Below are positions 17,677 through 26,670 of a stretch of DNA of 61,467 nucleotides, one piece after another; within the stretch, counting starts at the first letter, position 1, and every line of letters starts with the position of its first letter. Source of the DNA: a virus (taxonomy: Duplodnaviria; Caudoviricetes); the IMG/VR virus record IMGVR_UViG_3300026125_000002, positions 1-61,467 of that record; one strand, written 5' to 3'. The notes under the pieces were generated by a model. It ran no database searches. It had not been told where the DNA came from and saw only the letters and a program-made list of their open reading frames with translations. A program made the translations under genes and the position numbers.

Positions 17677-18066
17677 TTACTTTTTCTTACCAATGCTGTA
17701 TTTTGCAACTAGCTCCCATTCGTCTTTGTCTTTGAATGGTAGAATCTTGATTTGTGACATAGGCGCCACTGGCTCTTTAATTTTATCAGCTTCTACTAGC
17801 TTTAGCAAGCCCCATTCTTGAAGCAAGTTGACAATTGTGTTTCTACGTGCTTGATCTTCTTCTGAGAAGTCATTAATCTTACCATCAAGCATAAACAGTT
17901 CTTTAAAGTGTACGATGTAGTACTTACCTTGCTTATGTAAGATATGGCACGATTGATATAGTTTTCTATCTTTTTTTGAGGCAATGCCGATGCGGGTTAG
18001 AGTCTCTTTAATCTTTAGGAAACTCTCTTCATTTGGTAGCTCGACCTCCACGAGTTTTTCAATCAT
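17677..18066 (-). CDS. regA: Translational repressor RegA
   Basis: FLKIKETLTRIGIAS..LYQSCHILHKQG.YYIVHFKELF.LDG. Confidence 0.97.
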   Translation of the reverse strand: MIEKLVEVELPNEESFLKIKETLTRIGIASKKDRKLYQSCHILHKQGKYYIVHFKELFMLDGKINDFSEEDQARRNTIVNLLQEWGLLKLVEADKIKEPVAPMSQIKILPFKDKDEWELVAKYSIGKKK

Positions 18067-18458
18067 TTCTGAATACCACCTGTCTCTTGTTGTTCTCTTA
18101 TCATGTTCAATTGTTCACTGGACAACAAAGAAAGATAGTCTTTGCCAATAGTTGGGTTACACTTATAGTATTCGCATACCATTTCCAAGTCTTTGTCACC
18201 AGCATTCTTAACCCATTTTGCATATCGCTTCTTAGGTCTAATACTATTTAGTAAAAACTCATACTGAGGACGATTGTCGAGATCATGGTATTGATTCATT
18301 AAATTAGCATGTAGTATAGTGTCAACGTGGTATGATAACGCATTGTTAACAACCCATGCATTGTAGCCTTTCTCGGCTAGCGTGTCATTCTCACTGTCAC
18401 GCATTAGATTCTTCTTATTCTGTGTGATAGAGTTTACATAATCAAACGGGTTAGCCAC
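18063..18458 (-). CDS. gp62: Clamp loader small subunit (gp62)
   Basis: NPFDYVNSI, YNAWVVNNALS, ANLMN and QYEFL motifs; syntenic position. Confidence 0.9.
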   Translation of the reverse strand: MANPFDYVNSITQNKKNLMRDSENDTLAEKGYNAWVVNNALSYHVDTILHANLMNQYHDLDNRPQYEFLLNSIRPKKRYAKWVKNAGDKDLEMVCEYYKCNPTIGKDYLSLLSSEQLNMIREQQETGGIQK

Positions 18459-18624
18459 TTTCTACCTCACTGTCTTCTTTCAAATATTCTTCTTCACACT
18501 TTTCACACATATATGCTGTACCAACTTGATCGTCAGCATAGCGATACTTGATTTCAGCAGGTCTATCTGACTTAATCTTAGCATCGCACATTAGGCATTT
18601 CTTCTTAGGCTTCAGGAATGGCAT
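18451..18624 (-). CDS. 57-aa putative zinc-binding protein
   Basis: Hand translation MPFLKPKKKCLMCDAKIK...AYMCEKCEEEYLKEDSEVESG; two CxxC; fills the gap between neighbours. Confidence 0.6.
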   Translation of the reverse strand: MPFLKPKKKCLMCDAKIKSDRPAEIKYRYADDQVGTAYMCEKCEEEYLKEDSEVESG

Positions 18625-18883
18625 CGATCAAACTACTCCAAGTTTTTAGCTTTTCTTTCTTGACACCAGAACGCTTGTAAATTGCTTCTTCTGTAATCAA
18701 GCCATAGTCTATCATAAGATCGATCATGCAGTAAACATCACCAACTTCTTCTACTAGCTTGTTCTTCTGCTCTACGCTGATATCACCAAAGTCGTTAAAC
18801 ATGCGAATGGTCTTCATGCAGACTTGAGTAAGTTCGCCACACTCTTCGGCTGTGATTGCCATTAGTTCTTGTAACTTGTTCAT
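18605..18883 (-). CDS. MazG-like nucleotide pyrophosphohydrolase
   Basis: AEECGEL...LVEEVGDV all-alpha NTP-PPase motif; ATGA overlap with the gp44 stop. Confidence 0.75.
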   Translation of the reverse strand: MNKLQELMAITAEECGELTQVCMKTIRMFNDFGDISVEQKNKLVEEVGDVYCMIDLMIDYGLITEEAIYKRSGVKKEKLKTWSSLIDAIPEA

Positions 18884-19821
18884 TTCCAATCAACCTCTGC
18901 CATTAGTGTAGCAAGTGCCGCAACACGATTGATTTCTGAGTTAGCAACAAATGCTTCTTTGTACTGATATTCAGCAAGAATTACGATAGCATCCGCTACG
19001 CTTTGAGTGCTTGAAATCTTAGTCGGTAAAATGTCATATAGTTGACGATACAGTACGGCAGAATCAACATCAGTATTCTCAGCAACCCATTTGCGTACTT
19101 CTGTAAAGTTACGCTCTTTCATTAGATTGATAAGGGTTGTGATATTGTCTGTTGACTTATTAGCTAGTACACCAGCGTCAATGCGACCAGTAGCAGAGTA
19201 ACGCTGTAGTTCATTAAGGACTCGGCGCCAATCAGGAAAGTGGAGTTGCACAAGTTCAGCCACAGTCTTTTGATCATATTCAATACCTTCTTTCTCTAGA
19301 ATGTTACAAGTTCGCTTGAAGAATTGCGAAGCAAGCACAGGCTTTTCAGATTTTGGAATGTTAAACTCAATCACGCTACAACGTGAGTGAAGGGGTTCGA
19401 TGATTCGATTCTTGAAGTTACAAGTAAGAATGAAGCCACAGTTTTTGCTAAACTCTTCCATGAAGTTGCGTAGTGCAGGCTGAGTAGAGTTAGCGTTTAA
19501 GTAGTCGGCCTCATCTAAGATTACATACTTACGACCGCCTGTGAATGATACAGAAGATGCAAAGTTTGCAATCTCAACACGTAGCGTATCGATGTTACCA
19601 TTCATAGACCCGTTGATAATGATGTAATCTGCACCAATCTCTTCAAGCATTGCTTTAGCGATAGTAGTCTTACCTACACCAGCTCGGCCTGATAGAAGTA
19701 GATTAGGTACGTTGTCTTGATCGACAAATTGCTGAAATGTTTGTTTCAGTTCTTTTGGTAGGATAGTATCAGATACTTTGGCTGGACGGTATTTTTCAAC
19801 CCAAAGATAGTTGTCTTGCAT
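18880..19821 (-). CDS. gp44: Clamp loader large subunit (gp44)
   Basis: LWVEKYRP, GRAGVGKTT, ILDEADYL and PLHSRC motifs. Confidence 0.97.
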   Translation of the reverse strand: MQDNYLWVEKYRPAKVSDTILPKELKQTFQQFVDQDNVPNLLLSGRAGVGKTTIAKAMLEEIGADYIIINGSMNGNIDTLRVEIANFASSVSFTGGRKYVILDEADYLNANSTQPALRNFMEEFSKNCGFILTCNFKNRIIEPLHSRCSVIEFNIPKSEKPVLASQFFKRTCNILEKEGIEYDQKTVAELVQLHFPDWRRVLNELQRYSATGRIDAGVLANKSTDNITTLINLMKERNFTEVRKWVAENTDVDSAVLYRQLYDILPTKISSTQSVADAIVILAEYQYKEAFVANSEINRVAALATLMAEVDWK

Positions 19822-19852
19822 GTTCATAACCTCATAATATAATAGTGTAAAG

Positions 19853-19889
19853 ATTGTAGCAAAAAGAAGGGGGCTTTGCAACCCCCTTC
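19853..19889 (-). promoter_or_regulatory. Terminator overlapping a sigma70-type promoter for gp44
   Basis: GAAGGGGG..CCCCCTTC-TTTTT hairpin; TTGCAA-17-TACAAT. Confidence 0.55.
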
Positions 19890-19899
19890 ATAGGTTATG

Positions 19900-20124
19900 T
19901 TATTCTGCGGCTTCTTCTGCAACCTCTTCAGTTGCTTCTGCACCCTCTTCACCTGCTTCACCTTGAGCACTCTGTAGGAATGCAGCAAAGCGATCACGAA
20001 CGGTGCCTACAGCACTCATTTCTTCACCACGAATGGCGCCACGTTGTACACAAGCATCGATTACTTGTAGTGCCGCAGAAATGTCTTGTAGAGTTAGGCC
20101 TTGGTTTTGAACTTGTTCAGTCAT
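19900..20124 (-). CDS. Conserved small hypothetical protein
   Basis: LTLQDI...IDACVQRGAIRGEEMSAVG with an acidic tail; SD AAGGAG. Confidence 0.75.
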   Translation of the reverse strand: MTEQVQNQGLTLQDISAALQVIDACVQRGAIRGEEMSAVGTVRDRFAAFLQSAQGEAGEEGAEATEEVAEEAAE

Positions 20125-20138
20125 AATATTGCTCCTTA

Positions 20139-20789
20139 TTAGCGAGATTCGATTGCAATCCAGTATTGTACTTTGTCAGATTTAAAATGAGCCATACCTT
20201 TAGAAGACAAAGCAACTTCATAATCGGTTGGCATTAGTTTTAGGTTTTCAGTCTTAATGACCATTGAGAAATCTTCTGCATCAACGTCTTCTGCGACAAC
20301 TACGCTATACGTATCAGCAGTTGGATTCTTACTATCAACAGCAGATAGTGTAATAGTATTTTCAGTGCATGTAAAGGCAATTTCAGGTAAATTTAGTACG
20401 CCTGCCGCACGGATAACACCTTCGATATCAGACCAAGAGATATCCATCGTTGCTTCTGGGTTAGGGACAACGATATCTTTGTCTGGTGGAGAAACGATCA
20501 TGTTCTCAGAAGTGTATGTGTACTTGAGACTGCTACGATCACCTTTAATGTTGAATTGATTGTCACCAAACACAACATCTGGGTCATTGAACAGATTCAG
20601 AGTAGCTAGAAAACGTGATACATCATAGACGCCTGCTTGCTTATCAATAGTCTCTGATACAGTAGCGGCTGCCATGACTGTTTTCTGTGGAGAGATAGTG
20701 CGAATAACTTGCCCTGGTTTGAAGATAACACTAGGGTTGATAGCAGAGAAGTTTTTCAAAACACTTAGAGTTTCATTGCTGAATTTCAT
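20139..20789 (-). CDS. gp45: Sliding clamp (gp45)
   Basis: MKFSNETLSVLKNFSAIN; YDVSRFL; ENLKL; YWIAIE. Confidence 0.95.
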   Translation of the reverse strand: MKFSNETLSVLKNFSAINPSVIFKPGQVIRTISPQKTVMAAATVSETIDKQAGVYDVSRFLATLNLFNDPDVVFGDNQFNIKGDRSSLKYTYTSENMIVSPPDKDIVVPNPEATMDISWSDIEGVIRAAGVLNLPEIAFTCTENTITLSAVDSKNPTADTYSVVVAEDVDAEDFSMVIKTENLKLMPTDYEVALSSKGMAHFKSDKVQYWIAIESR

Positions 20790-20808
20790 TATTAAGTCAC
20801 CTTTACAA

Positions 20809-21717
20809 TTAATATAAGCCTTTGAGGCTGTTCAAGTTCGTAGTGTTATTTATACTCGGTTCATTGTCTGTTGTCAAGTAATTTTTTCTATTTGATGATT
20901 TATTTGCACCTGGAGTAGCTTGTATCTGTGCTAGATGAGGCAAACTACCACTAAAGACATATGAACCAATATGCTTAGATTTCATCCAAGGGCACATCCA
21001 TATCTTTAGACCGATCTTACGTGCATACTGACTAAACATATAGTCTTCTGACAAGTAGCGCTTAGACTCTGGATCAATCACACAATCAAAGAATGCTGTA
21101 ATCTCACGTGTACCGTCAAAGTGCTTTGTACGACCGTGGTCTGGTTTGTACTTCAATTCAGGATACGCTTCACTATACTTGATTAGAGCCTTCTTGTCAA
21201 TCATCATAAAGCCAGTTCCACCTTCTGCAATCTCAACTGGCTCATCGACACGAAAGGTTTTGACACCTTTAACAGTATTGAATACGTAGTCACCAACATA
21301 GTTCTCAAGATCGAATGGGTTGTCAACTTTACCTTGCTCAACAGCCATCTTCACTTTCTCCCAAGAGATAGTTTTCTTAGGGTATGGACCAGTGACGATA
21401 TCATAGCCTTTATCACTGTCGCATAGATGTAGCAGAGTCATAACGTTACGTGCATCAAAACCAATATCACTGTCAATAAACAACATATGGGTAGAGTCAC
21501 TACGCAAGAATTCATCTACGCAATAGTTACGTGCTCTTGTGATTAGAGACTCATTAAACAAGAAGTAGTACTTAATGTCAATACCCATCTTACCACAAAG
21601 CAGAGTTAGATCATTTGTTGCTTTAGTATACATACCTGCACACTGACCACCGTACATTGGCGTAGCGACAAACAATCTTTTCTCTTTAAGTTTTTCTAGA
21701 TCGATTTCAATCTTCAT
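20809..21717 (-). CDS. GT-A fold glycosyltransferase-like protein
   Basis: FVATPMYGG, ESLITRARN, LFIDSDIGF (DxD), GTGFMMI and LSEDYMF motifs. Confidence 0.75.
   Translation of the reverse strand: MKIEIDLEKLKEKRLFVATPMYGGQCAGMYTKATNDLTLLCGKMGIDIKYYFLFNESLITRARNYCVDEFLRSDSTHMLFIDSDIGFDARNVMTLLHLCDSDKGYDIVTGPYPKKTISWEKVKMAVEQGKVDNPFDLENYVGDYVFNTVKGVKTFRVDEPVEIAEGGTGFMMIDKKALIKYSEAYPELKYKPDHGRTKHFDGTREITAFFDCVIDPESKRYLSEDYMFSQYARKIGLKIWMCPWMKSKHIGSYVFSGSLPHLAQIQATPGANKSSNRKNYLTTDNEPSINNTTNLNSLKGLY
20847..20877 (-). promoter_or_regulatory. Composite sigma70/late promoter for gp45
   Basis: TTGACA-17-TATAAA in which the -10 is also the late consensus TATAAATA. Confidence 0.6.
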
Positions 21718-22312
21718 TATATTTTCTCTTAGTAGCCTCGAACTTTTCAGCTAGTTCTAGTTGCTCTTTAATCCACTTAGCAGACTGCTTTGCGCTGAAT
21801 GCTTCAGTTGCAACTTTAGGCATACGATCATCTTCACCGATACCACGAATAACAGAAGCGCTCAACATCATAGCTGAAGCCATAATCATACAGACTTGGT
21901 GTAGACCCGAACCATCTGCGCCATCGTCATAGTTATGACCACGTTCAAAGTCATCAATGTGGCGCTTAAGACTATCGATCATCTGTTGCCAAGGAAGACC
22001 TTTCTCCCAGTTACGATCTGCATACTTCTTAGCACCATACTCTAGTGAGGCAGCGCCAGCAGCAAGAGCTTCTAGCGGTAGTTGACGAAAGTATGGTACA
22101 CCAAGAGCTTCACGCTGAGCACCAGTCTTAGATGCATTGTATTTAGGTATTTCATTCATCCAATGATCTGGATCAACTTTATCAGTATCGTCATAAAACG
22201 CTCTGGGAACACCTGGTTCATGGTCATCAGCTAATCGATTGTAATATGCTCTAGCCACTGAGGACCACTCTTCGGGTTTGGCGTCATCAATACTTTTGAT
22301 TCTATCACTCAT
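21707..22312 (-). CDS. dATP/dGTP diphosphohydrolase-domain protein (DUF5664-like)
   Basis: YGAKKYADRNWEKG, SLKRH and SGLH motifs. Confidence 0.8.
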   Translation of the reverse strand: MSDRIKSIDDAKPEEWSSVARAYYNRLADDHEPGVPRAFYDDTDKVDPDHWMNEIPKYNASKTGAQREALGVPYFRQLPLEALAAGAASLEYGAKKYADRNWEKGLPWQQMIDSLKRHIDDFERGHNYDDGADGSGLHQVCMIMASAMMLSASVIRGIGEDDRMPKVATEAFSAKQSAKWIKEQLELAEKFEATKRKYNED

Positions 22313-22944
22313 TATCTTTCAACCTGTTCTAAATCATTCTCGGCACGACAAATAGCTTGAAGTCTTAAGATATCTGCGGCAACATCGTGTGTACTATCGT
22401 GACCTACAAATGCTTCTTTCCAATATGCTTCATCTGCAACTGGGACAAAGCCACTTCGTGTGCTGAAGTCAAATTTAGCATCGATGTATGTGCGAATGTC
22501 ACGTATGCGCCACCACTTCAAGTATTCATTCATAAGAAGATGTTGATCAAGCTGGTTCATCACACGTTCAAGCAAAACTGGATCAAACGAGTTACCACGT
22601 GACCACCAGTAATTGATCTTACCCACACTTCTTAGATAAGAGAATATATTAGCAGAAAACTCTTCTATTGTCAAGTCATCTGGTTTAGGTAATATCTTTT
22701 TCTTAGCTTCTTTTGATTGCTTTCCCCACCAAGCTAGATCATCTTTAGTATATGAACAACCACGTGCAACTTGATCAGCAACAGAAAGTTTATCTGTCTG
22801 TACTTGTGCGGTAAGTTCTTCAAAAGAGTAAGGATCACTAGTAAAGCGATCCCAGTCAAACGCTACATACGCAACGTCAATGATAGGGCATTTCATAACG
22901 TTCTGCCCTATCGTTTCAAAGTCAAGAATAAAATCTTGATTCAT
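22312..22944 (-). CDS. dexA: DexA-like 3'-5' exonuclease (DEDDh)
   Basis: DFILDFET, WSRGNSFD, RDIRT and HDSTHDVAADIL motifs. Confidence 0.85.
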   Translation of the reverse strand: MNQDFILDFETIGQNVMKCPIIDVAYVAFDWDRFTSDPYSFEELTAQVQTDKLSVADQVARGCSYTKDDLAWWGKQSKEAKKKILPKPDDLTIEEFSANIFSYLRSVGKINYWWSRGNSFDPVLLERVMNQLDQHLLMNEYLKWWRIRDIRTYIDAKFDFSTRSGFVPVADEAYWKEAFVGHDSTHDVAADILRLQAICRAENDLEQVER

Positions 22945-24332
22945 GCAGCCTCCAAAGACTCAAGGAATTGTTTCTTATATTCATGTGCATTCATATCTTG
23001 CATACGACGGTTGTGCTCTGCACTAATTACAACCAAGTTACTGTAGTCAGTTTTACCACCTTTTGAGTGAGGTATAATGTGACCACCTTGTGCGTCTTTC
23101 ATAGTCAAAGGCTCACCAGATACCCAACAAGTGTAGTCTTGCTCCATAAGCTTTAGTTCAATGTCTTTTCGATTGAAAGTACGGTTCTTATCAAGCCCAA
23201 TAACAGTAGCTTCTGTCAAGTCCATGTATTCTAGCATCCACTTGATAGTGTTGTCAAACTTGAATTGGGTATTGTGCTCACCCAAGTGCTGATTGAATGC
23301 TTCAACAATGGTTCGTGTGTCATCGTACACATCAATCTTCAAACGCTTTGGATTTCGTGGATTGAATAGCTGAAACACACGATCAAATTCACGGGCAAAA
23401 GCATCATAGTCATTCACTCGGAAGTCACCATTTGTTTCTTTAAAGTAGAAGAACAAACGATAGAGCATGACATATCGACCTTTAGTGATACCTTTGTTCA
23501 CTACTGACTTATAGCTCTGTGAACATTTCAAAATGAAATCTAGGCACTCTTTAAGCTTCTTGCCAATTTTGTTAACTTCTTTCTGATCTAGATTTGCATC
23601 TTCATACATTTCTACAAGCTTTTTGTTTGGTGAAACGATAGCTTTTTCACCTTTGTAAATCATGTATGTAATACGTGATACAGTTTCTTCAATAGCTAGT
23701 CGATCATTGTTGAAGTCAAGGTTGATCAAAGCTTTCTTCTTACTACGACCACTTTCTTCAAATAGAGCATGTGGAGTTGTTGCAGTCTGCGGAATGATGC
23801 GAACAGCTTCACGAATCAGGTTAGCGATTGGCATATCACCGTATGAGTTTAGAGTCTCTTGGAAGTTGACTTCAGTGATATTGTTGACTTCACGAAATAT
23901 TTCACCTTTCTGCTGATTAGTCAATGGACCATAGATAACAAATCGCATTGGGTAATTCAACAACCATTCACGCTCTTCTTTAGTCAATTCATTGACGTAC
24001 TTCTCACCTACAATAGAAGATTTGTGTGTTGGAAAGTCGCCATTCAAGAAGCCAATTATTGTACGCTTACGATTACCACCATCAATTGATTCATACTCGT
24101 ATCGACCTTCAGGCTCTTCACAAATACGAATCTCACCTATATCACGACCACGCAAGATACAATCGATGATACTCTGCTGTTTAGATGGCTCAGATGCGCC
24201 TATTGGATTCGGGGAAACGTCTGGTCGCTGAGTGACTGGATTACAGTCAATGCTCAAACGCATAGCCCAGAACTCACGAATGTTCATTTGCTTGAGTGTC
24301 CAAGTAGGTGCTTTAGGCGGTGGTAGTATCAT
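22941..24332 (-). CDS. DUF262 (ParB/Srx-like) + HNH protein, GmrSD-like architecture
   Basis: QR, IDGGNR and IFREVN DUF262 motifs; C-terminal GHIIPHSKGGKT..NLVV...HN. Confidence 0.8.
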   Translation of the reverse strand: MILPPPKAPTWTLKQMNIREFWAMRLSIDCNPVTQRPDVSPNPIGASEPSKQQSIIDCILRGRDIGEIRICEEPEGRYEYESIDGGNRKRTIIGFLNGDFPTHKSSIVGEKYVNELTKEEREWLLNYPMRFVIYGPLTNQQKGEIFREVNNITEVNFQETLNSYGDMPIANLIREAVRIIPQTATTPHALFEESGRSKKKALINLDFNNDRLAIEETVSRITYMIYKGEKAIVSPNKKLVEMYEDANLDQKEVNKIGKKLKECLDFILKCSQSYKSVVNKGITKGRYVMLYRLFFYFKETNGDFRVNDYDAFAREFDRVFQLFNPRNPKRLKIDVYDDTRTIVEAFNQHLGEHNTQFKFDNTIKWMLEYMDLTEATVIGLDKNRTFNRKDIELKLMEQDYTCWVSGEPLTMKDAQGGHIIPHSKGGKTDYSNLVVISAEHNRRMQDMNAHEYKKQFLESLEAA

Positions 24333-24366
24333 AACGTATCTCTCTCAATTATCAACTTACTTTACT

Positions 24367-24395
24367 AATGTAACTTAGTAGTGTGTTAATGTCAA
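24367..24395 (-). promoter_or_regulatory. sigma70-type promoter for the DUF262-HNH operon
   Basis: TTGACA-17-TACATT. Confidence 0.65.
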
Positions 24396-24400
24396 GGGTT

Positions 24401-24646
24401 TTATGCAAGATTTAGATTTGCGATTCGACCACGTAGAATTCGATGAACATGCTCAATGATTGCACGAACACGAATAGCAGTTATCTCAAACTCTTCTGCG
24501 ATTCTAGCGTATGGCATATCATATGCATAATGAGCAACAAATATCTCGATGTTGCGCTCTACTTTTTCAGCGTCTTCTTTTTTAGCTTTACGTAGGTATG
24601 CTTCAAAAAGTTTTTCGATGATCATTTTGTTTTCAGCGATATGCAT
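24401..24646 (-). CDS. Stand-alone sigma70 region-4-like HTH protein
   Basis: RNIEIFVAHY..DMPYARIAEEFEITAIRVRAIIEHVHRILR. Confidence 0.65.
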   Translation of the reverse strand: MHIAENKMIIEKLFEAYLRKAKKEDAEKVERNIEIFVAHYAYDMPYARIAEEFEITAIRVRAIIEHVHRILRGRIANLNLA

Positions 24647-24677
24647 AATTAATCTCTCTTCTCAACACTACAAAGAC

Positions 24678-24706
24678 ATAGTAATCGATAAGAAGAGAGA
24701 TTGCAA
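24678..24706 (-). promoter_or_regulatory. sigma70-type promoter
   Basis: TTGCAA-17-TACTAT. Confidence 0.55.
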
Positions 24707-24720
24707 GGGCTTAAACAAAA

Positions 24721-25431
24721 TTATTTTATGGCAATTGCACCAACAAACAAGTGATTCTGCCAGAAGGTTTGAACTGAATTGAAGCCCGCTGTTGATAGCA
24801 TTTCGTTCAACTCACTCCAAGTATTTGGTTTGAGCATACTACGTAGATCACGCTCTTTGTCCATAATATCTTCTACAGTGAAGTTCTCACGTTTAAAGTC
24901 GTAATACATGAATGTTAGCATATCTTGAACCTTAGGACTGCAAGAATATGTCTTCTCGGCAAAAACAAATGCACCACCAGTATTAAGACCTTTATAGATT
25001 TTATTAAGAACATCTTGCCTATCTTTGTGTGGCATAAACTGTAGTGTAAAGATAGATGTTATCATAGAACAATTAGCGAAATCAAACTCACGTACATCAG
25101 CTTGTCTAAGATCGATTTCGGGATACTGGCTCATTCTTTTTTTCATGTCATCAACAAAACCATCTGCATAGTCGATACCTCGATATCGTGCCTTTGGTGC
25201 AAAATGATGATTCTGGTCATACATAGCGGCAAGAGTCTTACCAGTAGAACAACCGATATCGACAACATTAGTATCATTCTCTACGAAGTACTTCGACATT
25301 TTAACAATATCGTCATGGAGAGAGGAGTAGTGTCTAATGCTCATATCGATATGATTATCAAAACCCTCTTGGCGGTGTGCAAATGTGAAATCGTTTGCAC
25401 TAGCAACAGTAGACTTTTCACGATCTTTCAT
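24721..25431 (-). CDS. cmoA: CmoA-like carboxy-S-adenosylmethionine synthase
   Basis: FDNHIDMSIRHY, DIGCSTG, FTLQF, LNTGGAFVFAEK, YDFKR and FWQ follow the CmoA motif order. Confidence 0.85.
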   Translation of the reverse strand: MKDREKSTVASANDFTFAHRQEGFDNHIDMSIRHYSSLHDDIVKMSKYFVENDTNVVDIGCSTGKTLAAMYDQNHHFAPKARYRGIDYADGFVDDMKKRMSQYPEIDLRQADVREFDFANCSMITSIFTLQFMPHKDRQDVLNKIYKGLNTGGAFVFAEKTYSCSPKVQDMLTFMYYDFKRENFTVEDIMDKERDLRSMLKPNTWSELNEMLSTAGFNSVQTFWQNHLFVGAIAIK

Positions 25432-25435
25432 AATA

Positions 25436-26662
25436 TTAGCCCTTTAGTTCATTGTATGGTTTCAACACATTCTGATATATCGACTTAGCAACTTCAGCCA
25501 TCATCTTAGGCGCAACCATGCGACCAATGCGCTCGGCTTGCTGATCAAATGTACCAGTTAGCTTATAGTCATCAGGTAGCGACATTATAACCTTTAGCTC
25601 TTGTATTGTCAACTTACGATTTTCAGCGTAGTGGAATACACCAGATAGACCACGCTTCTGACCTTGTTGAGTCAAAGTTGGACTAGGTAGATGTGGTGCA
25701 GGTCTGATCATGTTGAAGCAAGAACCTTTTGGATTCCAACTGCGAAACTCTGGATCACTTGGTTTAGTATGCTTGAGTGGTCGAAACGGTAGCGGGTCTA
25801 GAAACTTCTTCTGAAACGAATTCTCGTAGAAGTCACGTAGCATCTGCACTTCTTCAGGATCATTCTCAATATCTTCAATAGCTGATTCAAGACTGACTGG
25901 TTGTGCGACAGTCTTAGCAGGAAAGATACCGTTTAGATTTAGAACATTTAGACCAATAGCATCACAAACATCTTCACGAACACAAATAAAGATAGTACGC
26001 TCACGTGCTTGTGGAGTACCATAATCTGCGGCATTTAGAACTTGATACGTTACTTGATACCCAATAGCTTCGAATGACTTGATGAACTCAAACAGCTTCT
26101 TCTGGGCTTCACCAAACGTAATGCCTTTGACATTCTCTGCAACGATAACCTTGGGTTTAATGTCTTTAGCTACACGAATGAACTCTAAGAACAAGTCCTC
26201 AATACCTTCCTGAGTCTTACCGTCAGAGTACTTCTTGATACCCTCTTTAATCTTTAACTCACCTTCTTGAACGATGTTACCGTCTTCATCAAAGTAAGTT
26301 TTGCGAGTATCTTCAGCATAGCCAGCCCAACCCTTTTCACGCTTACCCGCTACAGAGAATGCGGAACATGGTGGAGAGCCGTCTAGAATATCTAGCTCTC
26401 CCACCTTAAGGTTTGCCATCTTTAAGAAGTCTTCACCAGAGTACTTTTTGATATCATCAACTAATACAGGAGTGTCTGGGTAGTTCTCCTTATAAGATGC
26501 AATAGCTTCTTCTACAAACTCATTAATGAGTAGTATATTACCGCCAGCGAGGCGATAGCCAGTGGAGCTACCTCCACCTCCGGCGAAACAACTAACGACT
26601 GAAAATAATTTTTTATTCGATTCATTTTTAACATCTTCGACTGTATACTTTTGGTATTTCAT
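25436..26662 (-). CDS. C5-cytosine DNA methyltransferase-family enzyme, predicted carboxymethyltransferase
   Basis: FAGGGG (motif I), GSPPCSAFS (IV), ENV (VI), QARER (VIII); motif X reads IGRMV instead of GN(A/S)V. Confidence 0.88.
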   Translation of the reverse strand: MKYQKYTVEDVKNESNKKLFSVVSCFAGGGGSSTGYRLAGGNILLINEFVEEAIASYKENYPDTPVLVDDIKKYSGEDFLKMANLKVGELDILDGSPPCSAFSVAGKREKGWAGYAEDTRKTYFDEDGNIVQEGELKIKEGIKKYSDGKTQEGIEDLFLEFIRVAKDIKPKVIVAENVKGITFGEAQKKLFEFIKSFEAIGYQVTYQVLNAADYGTPQARERTIFICVREDVCDAIGLNVLNLNGIFPAKTVAQPVSLESAIEDIENDPEEVQMLRDFYENSFQKKFLDPLPFRPLKHTKPSDPEFRSWNPKGSCFNMIRPAPHLPSPTLTQQGQKRGLSGVFHYAENRKLTIQELKVIMSLPDDYKLTGTFDQQAERIGRMVAPKMMAEVAKSIYQNVLKPYNELKG

Positions 26663-26670
26663 CTTTGCCC

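Noticed and set aside
21707-22312. 2-aminoadenine (Z) or deazaguanine genome
   Set aside because: No PurZ, QueC/D/E, FolE or DpdA in the window; DUF5664 alone is insufficient evidence.
24721-25431. CmoA as a tRNA-modification auxiliary gene
   Set aside because: No CmoB partner in the window; co-transcription with the Arg-substituted DNA MTase points to DNA as the target.
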